Source: Thermoplasmata archaeon
Lineage (GTDB): Archaea > Thermoplasmatota > Thermoplasmata > RBG-16-68-12
Reading direction: 5' to 3'
DNA: 50,038 nucleotides
Assembly: GCA_041483635.1 (NCBI GenBank)
Contig: JBGPGA010000003.1
Span: 1 to 50,038 of the forward strand
The notes under the pieces are model-generated. The model made no database searches. It was not told where the DNA came from and saw only the letters and a list, made by a program, of their open reading frames with translations. Positions 27,346 to 37,406 of this stretch are shown here, piece after piece. Made by a program: the position numbers and the translations under genes. Numbering within the stretch: the first letter of the stretch is position 1; each line of letters starts with the position of its first letter.

Positions 27346-28328
27346 TTCCGCGCGAGGTCGTGGTCGTGGCGGAACACATGGCGGGTGAACTCACCGACGT
27401 AACCCTCGAAATGCTCGCTTGTGCATACGAGCTCGCCCGCTCCGTTGGATGGCACGTCACGTGCCTCATCCTCGCGAGCGATCCAAAGCCCTTCCAGGCG
27501 CTGGCGCTCGCCGCGGACAAGGTCGTCGTTGTGACGGACCCCGGCCTCGGGTCGCCCAACCCCGCGGCCTACGCTCGGGTCCTCCCGCACGTCCTGAAGG
27601 ACCTGTCGGCACGGCTCGTGATCCTGGGGAACACGAGCATGGGCATCGACCTCGCCGGTCCCCTGTCCCACGACCTCGAGGCTCCTGCCATCAGCGGATG
27701 CGTCGGCCTCCGCGCAGAAGGAGATCGGATCATCGCAACAAGCCGGCTCTGCGGAGGCAAGCTCGTCGCGCATATCGAGCCGCAGGGTGGGTTGGCCATT
27801 GTGCTGCTAATGCCGGGGAGCTTCCACAGGGAGCTAGGCATGCGGGATGAAGTCCCGCCCATGGAGGTCCGCCCCTCGCCCGAGGCTCTCGATCTCCTTC
27901 CTGTCCGCTTCGTGGAGCTCATCGAGCCGAAGATGGAAGACGTCGATGTGAGGAAAGTCGAGGTCCTCATCGCCGCGGGCCGGGGGGTACAGTCCAAGGA
28001 CAACCTCGCACTCTTGGAGGCATTGGCGAGGGAGCTCGGGGGGGCCGTTTGCGCCACGAGGCCCGTGGTGGACCAAGGCTGGCTCCCGAGGACCCGTCAG
28101 GTGGGCCGGTCGGGGATGACCGTCAAGCCCCGGCTGTACCTGGCTCTCGGAGTCAGCGGCGCCCCGGAGCACACGGAAGGGATGAGAGGGTCGGGCCTCA
28201 TCGTCGCGGTGAACAAGGATCCGGAGGCGCCCATCTTCGACCTCGCCCACTACGGCGCGACGGTGGACCTGCTCGAGCTCGTCCCGATTCTGACGGAGAA
28301 GATTAAGGAAGCGAAGGGCGGACAATGA
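27342..28328 (+). CDS. etfA: Electron transfer flavoprotein alpha subunit
   Basis: AAGRGV, ATRPVVDQGW, QVGRSGMTVKP.LY.ALGVSGAPEH and AVNKDPEAPIF. Confidence 0.94.
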   Translation: MIPREVVVVAEHMAGELTDVTLEMLACAYELARSVGWHVTCLILASDPKPFQALALAADKVVVVTDPGLGSPNPAAYARVLPHVLKDLSARLVILGNTSMGIDLAGPLSHDLEAPAISGCVGLRAEGDRIIATSRLCGGKLVAHIEPQGGLAIVLLMPGSFHRELGMRDEVPPMEVRPSPEALDLLPVRFVELIEPKMEDVDVRKVEVLIAAGRGVQSKDNLALLEALARELGGAVCATRPVVDQGWLPRTRQVGRSGMTVKPRLYLALGVSGAPEHTEGMRGSGLIVAVNKDPEAPIFDLAHYGATVDLLELVPILTEKIKEAKGGQ

Positions 28329-30313
28329 ACCTCGATCAGATCGTCCTCACGGGAATCCTGGGCGTTTCCGCCTTCTTCTTCCTCGTGAGGGTCCTCACGA
28401 TCGTCCGAGGCGTCCGCAAGGGGATGCCGGAAACGTGGTGGGATCATTTGGGAGTCCGCATCAAGAACGTCGTGCTGGATGGCATCTTCCAGAGGAAGTT
28501 GTACCGCGAACGCCCCGCCGGGATTCTCCACGGCTTCATCTTCTGGGCCTTCGTGTTCCTCTTCTTCAGCGTCATCGAAATCGTCGTGGCAGGGTACATC
28601 CCCGGCTACACGCTTCCTCTCGGACCGCTGGACGGGCCCCTCTACCTCGGGCAGGATCTCGTGGCCGCACTCGGCATCGTGGGCGTGTTCATGGCGATTT
28701 ATCGCCGGACCGTCTCGAAACCCAGACGCCTCATGCACGAGGGGAACCGCGCGGCCATCGGCATGCTCCTCTTCATCTTGGCTATCTTGGTCTCGTTCCT
28801 CCTGTACAACGCGGCTCGGATCGTACAAGATTCGGCGGCGGCGATGGCGACTTGGAGGCCCGTCAGCGGGTTCCTGGCGGCGGTGTTGTCCGCCGTCGGA
28901 TGGGCCGGGCTCGCTCCTGGTCTGGAGTCCGCCATGTGGTGGGTCCACGTCCTCGTCCTGTTCACGTTCCTGGCCTGGTTCCCGTACACGAAGCACTCGC
29001 ACATCATCTTCGCGGTGTTCAACGTCTTCTTCCGGAAGCCGGAGCCCGCGGGGGCCATGCGTCCGGTGCCTGCGGAGCGGGCCAGTTCACCCGGGGCGAG
29101 CACGGTCCGCGACTTGACGTGGGTCTCCCTCCTGAACGCGTTCGCGTGCACGGAGTGCGGCCGCTGTACGGACAACTGCCCGGCCCACGAGAGCGGCACC
29201 GCGTTGGATCCAATGCACATGATGATGGGTCTACGAGATGCGGTCCTCTCCAAGGGGGTGACCACCTCACACTCAGCGGGTGTCGCCGCGGATGGAGGCG
29301 TCCTGTCGGGGGAAGACCTGTTCCTGGCAGTCCAGAGCCCGGAAGCCGTCTGGTCCTGCATGACATGCTACGCCTGCGTGGACGGCTGCCCCGTGTTCAA
29401 CAACCATCTGTCCAAGATCCTGGAGATGCGGCGTCAGCTCACGGCTCGGGGCGAGCTACGCCCTGGCCTGCAGGGTGTGCTCGAGAGCCTCTCTCGGTAT
29501 GGCAACTCCTTCAAGACCACGCCCAAGGCCCGGACGAGATGGGCGCGGTCCAGCTCCCTCGAGATCAAGGACGCTCGCAAGGAGCCCGTGGACGTCCTCT
29601 GGTTCGTGGGCGACTACGCTTCCTACGATGCTCGGTGCCAAGCCCTCACGGCCCGCACCGCGCGGGTCTTTGGCCGTGCGGGCATCAATCTCGGCCTTCT
29701 TCATGAAGGTGAATGGAACGCCGGAAACGACGTCCGGAGGATCGGGGAGGAAGGGCTGTTCGAGACTCTGCGGGATCACAACGCCGAAGCCATGCGCGCC
29801 TGCTCGTTCCACGACATTGTCACCACGGATCCGCACACCTACAACACTCTGAAGAACGAATATCCCCACGCCAACGGGGGACGGGTGCTCCACTACACCG
29901 AGATGCTCGACGAACTCATCGAGTCGGGTCAACTCCAGTTCTCGAAGCGGCTGCCATACCGGGTCACCTACCATGACCCGTGCTACCTGGGCCGCTACAA
30001 CGGGGTGTACGACGCGCCGCGCAGGGTCCTCGCGGCCCTTGGCGTGGAACTCGTCGAAATGCCCCGGAACCGATGGAAGAGCTTCTGTTGCGGAGCGGGC
30101 GGCGGGAGAATCTGGATGGAGGAGATCCCCGGCGAAACGCAGCGGCCCGCGGACATGCGGGTGAAGGAAGCCGCTGCCCTGGAGGGAGTGACGGTGCTCG
30201 CGGTCGCGTGTCCCAAGGACTACGTCATGTTCACGGACGCCGTGAAGGCCGCGGGGCTCGAAGGATCGCTTCAGATTCGCGACATCATCGAACTCGTGGA
30301 GGAAGCTCTATGA
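28325..30313 (+). CDS. Membrane-bound FadF/HdrF-type Fe-S oxidoreductase (NarI-like membrane domain, 4Fe-4S, CCG); putative ETF:quinone oxidoreductase
   Basis: About 5-6 N-terminal TM helices with His residues (GILHG, WWVHV, KHSH), CTECGRCTDNCP, CMTCYACVDGCP, YHDPCYLGRYN and CCGAGGG. Confidence 0.88.
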   Translation: MNLDQIVLTGILGVSAFFFLVRVLTIVRGVRKGMPETWWDHLGVRIKNVVLDGIFQRKLYRERPAGILHGFIFWAFVFLFFSVIEIVVAGYIPGYTLPLGPLDGPLYLGQDLVAALGIVGVFMAIYRRTVSKPRRLMHEGNRAAIGMLLFILAILVSFLLYNAARIVQDSAAAMATWRPVSGFLAAVLSAVGWAGLAPGLESAMWWVHVLVLFTFLAWFPYTKHSHIIFAVFNVFFRKPEPAGAMRPVPAERASSPGASTVRDLTWVSLLNAFACTECGRCTDNCPAHESGTALDPMHMMMGLRDAVLSKGVTTSHSAGVAADGGVLSGEDLFLAVQSPEAVWSCMTCYACVDGCPVFNNHLSKILEMRRQLTARGELRPGLQGVLESLSRYGNSFKTTPKARTRWARSSSLEIKDARKEPVDVLWFVGDYASYDARCQALTARTARVFGRAGINLGLLHEGEWNAGNDVRRIGEEGLFETLRDHNAEAMRACSFHDIVTTDPHTYNTLKNEYPHANGGRVLHYTEMLDELIESGQLQFSKRLPYRVTYHDPCYLGRYNGVYDAPRRVLAALGVELVEMPRNRWKSFCCGAGGGRIWMEEIPGETQRPADMRVKEAAALEGVTVLAVACPKDYVMFTDAVKAAGLEGSLQIRDIIELVEEAL

Positions 30314-32292
30314 CCGAGGAGCCGAGGATCGGCGTGTACATCTGCGACTGCGGGTTCAACATCGCCAGCGTCGTGAACGTGCCGGAGGTGGTGGACTATG
30401 CGAAGGGACTCAGGGGCGTGGCGGTCGCCCGCGAGTACAAGTACATGTGTTCCAGCCCCGGCCAGGAGATGATCCAGAAGGACATCCGGGAGATGGGGCT
30501 GAACCGCGTCGTCGTGGCCTCGTGCTCCCCCCATCTCCATGAGGCGACGTTCCGCCGCGCTGCAGAAGCCGGTGGAGCGAACCCGTTTCTCGTTCATATG
30601 GTGAATATCCGCGAGCAGGTGTCGTGGGTGACGAAGGATCATCGCATGGCCACCGAGAAGGCGAAAGCCCTCGTGGCCGCAGGCGTGGCTCGCGTCGCGT
30701 TTCACTCTCCCCTCGAGCGCCGATCCGTTCCGGTCCGGAGCGAGGTGCTCATCGTTGGAGGCGGGATCGCGGGGATTCAGGCGGCCCTCACCGCAGCGGA
30801 GGCGGGCCGCCACGTGTACCTCGTCGAGCGGGAGCCTTCCATCGGGGGGCACATGGCGAAGTTCGACAAGACCTTCCCGACTCTTGACTGTGCAGCCTGC
30901 ATCCTGACTCCGAAGATGACGGCGGTGAAGAACCACCCGAACATCACGCTCCTCTCTTACTCCGACGTGGTCGCCGTGGACGGCTTCGTGGGCAACTTCA
31001 AAGTGAAAGTCCGGCGCAAACCCCGGTACGTGGACGAGGTGAAGTGCGTGGGTTGCCTCGAGTGCATCGAGCGATGCGTCTACAAGACGGCGAAGTTCCC
31101 GAGCGAGTTCGACCTCGGGCTGGGGAAAAGGAAACCGATTTACGTCCCGTTCCCGCAGGCCATCCCCCTCGTGGCAGTCATTGACCCGGACACATGCATT
31201 GAGTTCAAGACAGGTCATTGCAAACAGACCTGCGTGGAGGCATGCGGGGACCGAGATGCGATCGACTTCAGCCAGAAGGAGCAGATCCTTGAACTCGACG
31301 TCGGAACGATCATCGTTGCGACAGGATTCCATGTCTTCGATGCCTCGCGGATGACGAATTACGGCTACGGGAAGTTGCCCGGAGTATACAATGCGTTGGA
31401 GGTGGAGCGTCTCGCAGCATCGAACGGCCCGACTGGCGGCGAGATCCTGCTCCGTGATGGCAAGCCGCCGAAAACTGTGGCGATCGTCCACTGCGTGGGC
31501 TCAAGGGACGAACACTACAACACATACTGCTCCAAGGTGTGCTGCATGTACTCCCTGAAGCTCGCTCACCTCGTGAAGGAGAGGACGGGAGCGGAGGTCT
31601 ACGACTTCTACATCGACATGCGCACGCCAGGCAAGGGCTACGAGGAGTTCTACCATCGTCTCATCGCGGAGAACATGCACCTCGTGAGGGGGAAGGTGGC
31701 ACTCGTCACGGATATCGCGGAGGCGCCGGCCGAGGAGGGCAAGCTCGTTGTCGTCGCGGAAGACACCCTCTTGGGCGTCATCCGCCGCGTGCCCGTGGAC
31801 ATGGTGGTTCTCAGCGTGGCCATCGAGCCTCAGCCCGATCGGGAAGAGGTGCGTCGGATGCTCAACCTGTCCTGCAGCACGGAGGGTTTCTTCTTGGAGA
31901 AGCATCCGAAACTGGCCCCTGTATCCACGATGAGCGATGGGGTGTTCATCGCGGGAACATGCCAAGGCCCCAAGGACATCCCCGAGACCGTGGCGCAGGC
32001 CGAGGCGGCCGCCGCGGAAGCCATCGCGCTCACCTCGAAGGGCTCCATCTTGCTCGATCCCAATCTCGCCTCCATCGAAGAAGATCTCTGCTCAGGCTGC
32101 CAGATCTGCCTCCCGCTGTGTCCCTATAATGCGATTGAGCTCGAGCGGGAGAAGATGGTCGCCCGGATCAGTGACGTCCTGTGCAAGGGATGCGGAGTGT
32201 GCGTCGCTGCCTGTCCGAGTGGGGCTATTTCTCAGAAGATGTTCGAGGACGATCAACTCATCCAGGAACTGGAGGGGGTGCTCTCCCGATGA
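30310..32292 (+). CDS. hdrA: Heterodisulfide reductase subunit A-like flavoprotein
   Basis: RIGVYICDCG.NI, VVVASCSP, GGGIAG, DKTFPTLDCAACILTPKM, CVGSRD, YCSKVCCMYSLK, GPKDIPETV and a C-terminal ferredoxin domain. Confidence 0.95.
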   Translation: MTEEPRIGVYICDCGFNIASVVNVPEVVDYAKGLRGVAVAREYKYMCSSPGQEMIQKDIREMGLNRVVVASCSPHLHEATFRRAAEAGGANPFLVHMVNIREQVSWVTKDHRMATEKAKALVAAGVARVAFHSPLERRSVPVRSEVLIVGGGIAGIQAALTAAEAGRHVYLVEREPSIGGHMAKFDKTFPTLDCAACILTPKMTAVKNHPNITLLSYSDVVAVDGFVGNFKVKVRRKPRYVDEVKCVGCLECIERCVYKTAKFPSEFDLGLGKRKPIYVPFPQAIPLVAVIDPDTCIEFKTGHCKQTCVEACGDRDAIDFSQKEQILELDVGTIIVATGFHVFDASRMTNYGYGKLPGVYNALEVERLAASNGPTGGEILLRDGKPPKTVAIVHCVGSRDEHYNTYCSKVCCMYSLKLAHLVKERTGAEVYDFYIDMRTPGKGYEEFYHRLIAENMHLVRGKVALVTDIAEAPAEEGKLVVVAEDTLLGVIRRVPVDMVVLSVAIEPQPDREEVRRMLNLSCSTEGFFLEKHPKLAPVSTMSDGVFIAGTCQGPKDIPETVAQAEAAAAEAIALTSKGSILLDPNLASIEEDLCSGCQICLPLCPYNAIELEREKMVARISDVLCKGCGVCVAACPSGAISQKMFEDDQLIQELEGVLSR

Positions 32293-32720
32293 TGCAGATG
32301 CAGAAGCAGGAATTCGAACCGAGGATCGTCGCCTTCGTGTGTAACTGGTGCACCTACATCGCAGCCGATGCGGCCGGGGTCGCTCGCGCTCGATACGCCC
32401 CGAACGTGCGGCTGATCCGCACGATGTGCTCGGGTCGCGTGGACCCCCAGTTCGTCCTCACCGCCTTCCAGAAGGGTGCGGACGGGGTGCTGCTCTGCGG
32501 TTGCCATCCACGGGATTGCCACTACAGCTCTGGGAACTACAAGACCCTCCGGAGGTACACGTTGCTGAGGAAGATGCTCTCCCAGATGGGCTTCGAGGAC
32601 GACCGTCTCCGTCTCGAGTGGATCTCCGCGTCGGAGTCCGAGAAGTTCCGCAGGGTCGTCGAGGACATGACCGAGCGAGTGCGCAAGCTCGGTCCTCTTG
32701 ACCTAGATGGAGGTGCGTGA
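32289..32720 (+). CDS. mvhD: Hydrogenase [2Fe-2S] subunit MvhD
   Basis: IVAFVCNWCTY.AAD, MCSGRVDP, GCHPRDCHY and EWISASE. Confidence 0.95.
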   Translation: MMQMQKQEFEPRIVAFVCNWCTYIAADAAGVARARYAPNVRLIRTMCSGRVDPQFVLTAFQKGADGVLLCGCHPRDCHYSSGNYKTLRRYTLLRKMLSQMGFEDDRLRLEWISASESEKFRRVVEDMTERVRKLGPLDLDGGA

Positions 32721-33701
32721 ATGGCGGCCAAGCCGAAGGTGGCCTTCTACTGGCTGGCTTCGTGCGGCGGATGTGAAGAAGCGGTGGTGGATCTCGCCGA
32801 GGGAATCCTGGACGTCGTGGGCGCGGTCGACATCGTGTTCTGGCCCGTCGCGCTCGATTTCAAGGTCTCCGATGTCGAGGCTTTGCCAGATGGGAGCATC
32901 GCGGCGAGTTTCATCAACGGGGCGGTCCGCCTTTCCGAGCAGGAAGAGATGGCTCGCCTTCTACGCCGGAAATCGAAGTACGTGATTGCATTTGGAAGTT
33001 GCTCCCATCTGGGAGGTATCCCTGGACTCGCGAACCTTTGGGACCGGCAATCGATCTTCGATTGGTACTACCACAGGGCTCCCAGCCTGGAGGACGGAAG
33101 CTCTCAGGAACCACGGGAGAGGGTCGAGGTCCCCGAAGGGATCCTCGAGCTCCCCACCTTCTGGGACACCGTGAAGGCGCTGGACCAGGTGATCGACGTG
33201 GACTACTATCTCCCGGGCTGTCCTCCCACGCCGAAGCTCATCGGAAACGCGGTGAACGCGCTCCTCCATGGCGAGTTGCCCCCGAAAGGCTCCGTCTTGG
33301 CGGGCCCCCGGGCCCTGTGCCACGAGTGCCCCTTGAACGAGAGCAAGCCGGAGAAGCTCCTGATCAAGGAGGTGAAGCGAATCCATCTCACGAAGGTGGA
33401 CCCCGAGAAGTGTCTCCTTGCACAGGGAATCCTGTGCCTCGGCCCTGTGACTCGCGGAGGATGCGAGGCTCTCTGCGTGAGGGGGGTCATGCCTTGCACT
33501 GGATGTTTCGGCCCAGCGGACGAGGTGCGGGACCAGGGCGCGAAAGGTATTTCCTTTCTATCCTCCATCCTCGATTTCGACGAAGAGGCGGACATCCAGC
33601 GGGTCATGGAGAGCATCCCGGATCCGGTGGGGACGTTTTACCGGTACGCCCTGCCACGGTCCATCCTGATGCGGTCCCGGGGGGTGAAGCCGCATGGCTA
33701 G
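32721..33701 (+). CDS. mvhG: Group 3c [NiFe]-hydrogenase small subunit
   Basis: ASCGGC, AFGSC..GGIPGLAN, PGCPP and CL..QG.LCLGPVTRGGC...CTGCFG. Confidence 0.93.
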   Translation: MAAKPKVAFYWLASCGGCEEAVVDLAEGILDVVGAVDIVFWPVALDFKVSDVEALPDGSIAASFINGAVRLSEQEEMARLLRRKSKYVIAFGSCSHLGGIPGLANLWDRQSIFDWYYHRAPSLEDGSSQEPRERVEVPEGILELPTFWDTVKALDQVIDVDYYLPGCPPTPKLIGNAVNALLHGELPPKGSVLAGPRALCHECPLNESKPEKLLIKEVKRIHLTKVDPEKCLLAQGILCLGPVTRGGCEALCVRGVMPCTGCFGPADEVRDQGAKGISFLSSILDFDEEADIQRVMESIPDPVGTFYRYALPRSILMRSRGVKPHG

Positions 33702-35160
33702 CCAGGTCACGATCAACCCCATCACGCGCTTGGAGGGCCATGGGAAGATCACGATTTTCCTCGATGGGAAGGGAGAGGTTTCGCGGGCGTACTTCCAGGT
33801 CCCGGAACTTCGCGGTTTCGAGAATTTCCTCGTGGGCCGGCAGGCCGAGGACACGCCCCAGATCACGTCTCGCATTTGCGGAGTCTGTCCGACGGCCCAT
33901 CACACTGCTGCGACGAAAGCCTTGGACGATCTGTTCAAGGTGGATCCGCCGCCGGCCGCGAAGATGATCCGGGAGATGCTGTACAGCGTCTTCATGATGG
34001 AGGATCACGCCCTCCACCTGTTCTTCCTGGGCGGCCCGGACTTTGTGGTGGGACCCACCGCGCCCAAGGCGGAGCGCAACGTTCTGGGCGTGATTCAGAA
34101 GGCGGGCTTGGAGATTGGCAAGCGGGTCATCGCCATGCGGAAGGAGCTGCGCGGGATTCTCACGGAGCTCGGTGGGAAGACGATCCATCCCGTGTTCGGC
34201 CTCCCGGGGGGCGTCGCGAAGGCCGTCACGCCGGATATGCAGACGCGCTTCAAAGAGACCGCGACTCGCGCCCTGGAGTTCGCCCAGTTCTGCGAGCAGC
34301 TGTTCAAGGATGTGGTCCTCGAGAACCCCGCCTACGTGAAGATGATTACTTCGGATGCCTACACGCACCGCACGCATTACATGGGCCTTGTGGACTCGAA
34401 GCTGCATGAGAACTTCTACGATGGGCAGCTACGGGTGGTGAGTCCGTCGGGCAACGAGATCGCGCGATTCCCGGCACGGCAGTACATGGATTACATCGCG
34501 GAACACACGGAACCCTGGACCTACGTGAAGTTCCCCTTCCTGAAGAAGATCGGCTGGAAGGGATTCGTGGACGGCGAGGACAGCGGGGTCTACAGCGTGG
34601 CGCCGCTGGCCCGGCTCAACGCCTGCACCGGCATGGCGACGCCGCGGGCGGCGTGGCTCTACGACAAGTACTTCGAGACCCTGGGAGGGAGACCCGTCCA
34701 CCACACGCTCGCGAACCACTGGGCGCGAGTGATTGAGATTGTGTACGCGGCCGAGAGATTCCAGGAGCTTGTCCACGATCCGGAGATCCTCGATCCTAAC
34801 GTCCGGACTTTACCCACCGAGACCCCGAAGGAAGGCGTCGGTGTCGTCGAGGCTCCCCGGGGAGTCTTGATTCATCACTACACGAGCGACGACCGCGGCA
34901 TCCTGACCTCCGCGAACCTGATTGTGGCGACCCAGCACAACGCAGCGCGAATCGCCATGTCGGTGGACAAGGCGGCTCGGGGCGTGATTCACAAGGGCGT
35001 CGTGGACGACGGCATCCTGAACCAGGTGGAGATGGCGTTCCGCGCCTACGATCCGTGCCATGCGTGTGCGACCCACTCGTTGCCGGGCCACATGCCCCTT
35101 TCCGTTCAGGTGTTTGACGCGGACGGCCGCATGATCCAAGAGATTCGGCGGGATGGCTAG
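33694..35160 (+). CDS. mvhA: Group 3c [NiFe]-hydrogenase large subunit
   Basis: PITRLEGHGKI, L1 RICGVCPTAH, EAPRG and L2 RAYDPCHACATH followed by a cleavable C-terminal extension. Confidence 0.95.
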   Translation: MASQVTINPITRLEGHGKITIFLDGKGEVSRAYFQVPELRGFENFLVGRQAEDTPQITSRICGVCPTAHHTAATKALDDLFKVDPPPAAKMIREMLYSVFMMEDHALHLFFLGGPDFVVGPTAPKAERNVLGVIQKAGLEIGKRVIAMRKELRGILTELGGKTIHPVFGLPGGVAKAVTPDMQTRFKETATRALEFAQFCEQLFKDVVLENPAYVKMITSDAYTHRTHYMGLVDSKLHENFYDGQLRVVSPSGNEIARFPARQYMDYIAEHTEPWTYVKFPFLKKIGWKGFVDGEDSGVYSVAPLARLNACTGMATPRAAWLYDKYFETLGGRPVHHTLANHWARVIEIVYAAERFQELVHDPEILDPNVRTLPTETPKEGVGVVEAPRGVLIHHYTSDDRGILTSANLIVATQHNAARIAMSVDKAARGVIHKGVVDDGILNQVEMAFRAYDPCHACATHSLPGHMPLSVQVFDADGRMIQEIRRDG

Positions 35161-35162
35161 CC

Positions 35163-35657
35163 ATGGGCCTCGTCATCCTCGGCCTGGGCAATGACCTGCT
35201 CGGCGACGATGGCATCGGCCTGCTCGCGGCGGAGGCGCTCCGCGAGTGTGAGGGTCCCCAGGTGTCGGTCCGAACTACCGCCCAGTCCGGGCTGTATCTC
35301 ATCGAATACCTGCAGGGCTTCGAGGATGCGATCGTGGTGGATTCCGTCGCGGGCGACCATCCGGGTGTCATCCGCGAGTTGCACGGTGGGGACGTGCGAG
35401 CGGTCTCCGTTCCGTCCGCGCACTACGTCGGCCTGCCCGAGGCGCTCGCCCTCGCACGTGCGTCCGGGCTCAGCGTCCCTCGCCGCCTGCGCATCTTTGG
35501 GGTTGAAATTGACATCGCCCAGCAGATCGGATCCGCGCCGAGTGCGCCGATTGTTGCGTCCCTTCCCCGCCTCGTGGCCGAGGTCGTCGGCGCCGCGCGG
35601 GAGTGGGGCTACACCGTCCATGTCCCCTCTCTCTCGGAGGCTGCCTCCGATGCATGA
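35163..35657 (+). CDS. Hydrogenase maturation endopeptidase
   Basis: LGLGNDLLGDDGIG, IVVDS and SAH. Confidence 0.9.
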   Translation: MGLVILGLGNDLLGDDGIGLLAAEALRECEGPQVSVRTTAQSGLYLIEYLQGFEDAIVVDSVAGDHPGVIRELHGGDVRAVSVPSAHYVGLPEALALARASGLSVPRRLRIFGVEIDIAQQIGSAPSAPIVASLPRLVAEVVGAAREWGYTVHVPSLSEAASDA

Positions 35658-36060
35658 GTATGGTCTCATGCAGGATGTCGTGAAGCTCGCGGTCGAGACC
35701 TGTCGCAGGGACGGCGATCGGGAGGTCGTGCGGGTGCGAATCGAGGTCGGGGAGTTCGCCGTCGCCTCGCGGGAATCCCTCCAGACCGCGTACGAAATCC
35801 TGACGCGGGGGACACCCCTGGAGGGTTCGTCGCTCGAAATCGCGGAGGTGCCGGGGCATGCGGTGTGCGAGGCCTGCGGATTCGCGGGCTCCGCCGCGGA
35901 CCTGGGAGACGAGGTCAGCGAGCCCCCTGCGCTGATACTCTGTCCTCACTGTGGTTCTCCCCTCCTTGTCACTGCGGGCGCGGGCATCGCGCTCGTTGAC
36001 GTGCAACTTGAGGATCGCGGGCACCTGGAGGCAGGCACACCGGTTCGCGGAGGGCGATAA
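35650..36060 (+). CDS. hypA: Ni metallochaperone HypA
   Basis: N-terminal MHE, CEACG and CPHCGS. Confidence 0.92.
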   Translation: MHEYGLMQDVVKLAVETCRRDGDREVVRVRIEVGEFAVASRESLQTAYEILTRGTPLEGSSLEIAEVPGHAVCEACGFAGSAADLGDEVSEPPALILCPHCGSPLLVTAGAGIALVDVQLEDRGHLEAGTPVRGGR

Positions 36061-36189
36061 TGGCCTCATCACCCGCTCCCGCGCCCGGTTCCGCCCTTCT
36101 GGGCTCCGCGATCCTAATCCCGCTGGACCAGGGACATGCTGCTTGCGCTCCTCTGCCCGTTTCCATGCAGGCATACGGAGGATGACGTT

Positions 36190-37158
36190 GTGTGCGCGTT
36201 CAAGTCGGCGGCAGTTACTCGGACTGTGGGTCCTGGAATCGTGCTGGTGCTCCTGACGGTTCTCGTCAGCGGCGTCTCGAACTTTGTGAACTTCAAGGCC
36301 GTCCAGGGAACCAACGTGGATGCCTGGATCGCGGTGCGGAACGCCTTCGTGGCCCTCCCGCTCGTCCCCATGGCGCTGCTCTTGGGTCGCGGCATCCGGA
36401 GGCGACTGACCGGCGCGGACTGGACCCGCCTCGTGGCGATCGGCCTTCTCGGCGGGGCCATCCCATTCCTCCTGTACTTCCACGGGTTCCAGATGGCGCT
36501 GGGTCAGGGCGGAGCTGCGGCCGCGAGCCTTGGCTACCGAAGCCTCTTCCTCATGGCCACCGTCCTCGGTGTCCTGTTCCTGAGAGAACGGGTTCCCCGG
36601 AGGTTCGCGATCGGGGCGGGGCTTGTGATGGCGGGGAACCTCCTGCTACTCACCCTTTCGGGGCCTGTTTGGACGGACGGGACCGCCTATGTTCTATTCG
36701 CCACGGCGATGTGGGCCGCGGAGTACACGATCTCCAAGCGCCTGCTTCGCACCCTGCCCTCGGGCACCGTTGCGGCAGGACGTATGGGCTTCGGTGCCTT
36801 GTTCCTCCTCGTCTATCTCGGGTTCACGGGCCAAGCTTCCTCCGTCGCCGGATTCGGCGGGACGGACTGGATGACACTGTTCTTCAGTGCGCTCCTCCTG
36901 TTCGCGTTCGTCTCGACGTGGTACGCGGGTCTCAAAACGGTGGACCTCTCCGTTGCAAGCTCCTTACTCGTGCTCGCGTTCCCCGTCACCTGGGTCCTGG
37001 GCGTTCTCGCGGGTGGGCGAGGTTTCACGGTTTCGCAGGTGATTGGGGCCGCTGCGATCGTCGCCGGGATCGGGCTCGGACTGGGAATCGTCTCCCAGCG
37101 CCGCTCGTGGGCAACGCTCGTGCTCTGGGTTCGATCCCGGATCGCCCGTACGGAGTGA
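36190..37158 (+). CDS. EamA/DMT-family transporter
   Basis: About 10 TM helices, GGAIPFLLYF.G and LGVLFLRER; GTG 36190 follows GGAGG. Confidence 0.85.
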   Translation: MCAFKSAAVTRTVGPGIVLVLLTVLVSGVSNFVNFKAVQGTNVDAWIAVRNAFVALPLVPMALLLGRGIRRRLTGADWTRLVAIGLLGGAIPFLLYFHGFQMALGQGGAAAASLGYRSLFLMATVLGVLFLRERVPRRFAIGAGLVMAGNLLLLTLSGPVWTDGTAYVLFATAMWAAEYTISKRLLRTLPSGTVAAGRMGFGALFLLVYLGFTGQASSVAGFGGTDWMTLFFSALLLFAFVSTWYAGLKTVDLSVASSLLVLAFPVTWVLGVLAGGRGFTVSQVIGAAAIVAGIGLGLGIVSQRRSWATLVLWVRSRIARTE

Positions 37159-37406
37159 ACGATGTCTCGCGGTCGGGAAGCTGCTGACACTGGTTGCGCC
37201 AACGAGCTCTTCAGTGTGATTCATCGTTCTTCGTGCGGCAAGATTCACCAAGCGACTTCGGCGGTGGAGGTAACGGAACGAAAGGAACCGCGATAGCGCG
37301 GTCTACGGGCGATGCATTCGCGAATTCACATCCCGAATGGGCGTCAAGGAGGCAGAATCACGCTGGGTCCTCCTCGCCCCGCGGCGAGCGCCGGCTGGAG
37401 GCGCTG

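Noticed and set aside
30310-35160. Selenocysteine in HdrA, MvhD or MvhA
   Set aside because: All relevant positions are Cys codons and there is no in-frame TGA
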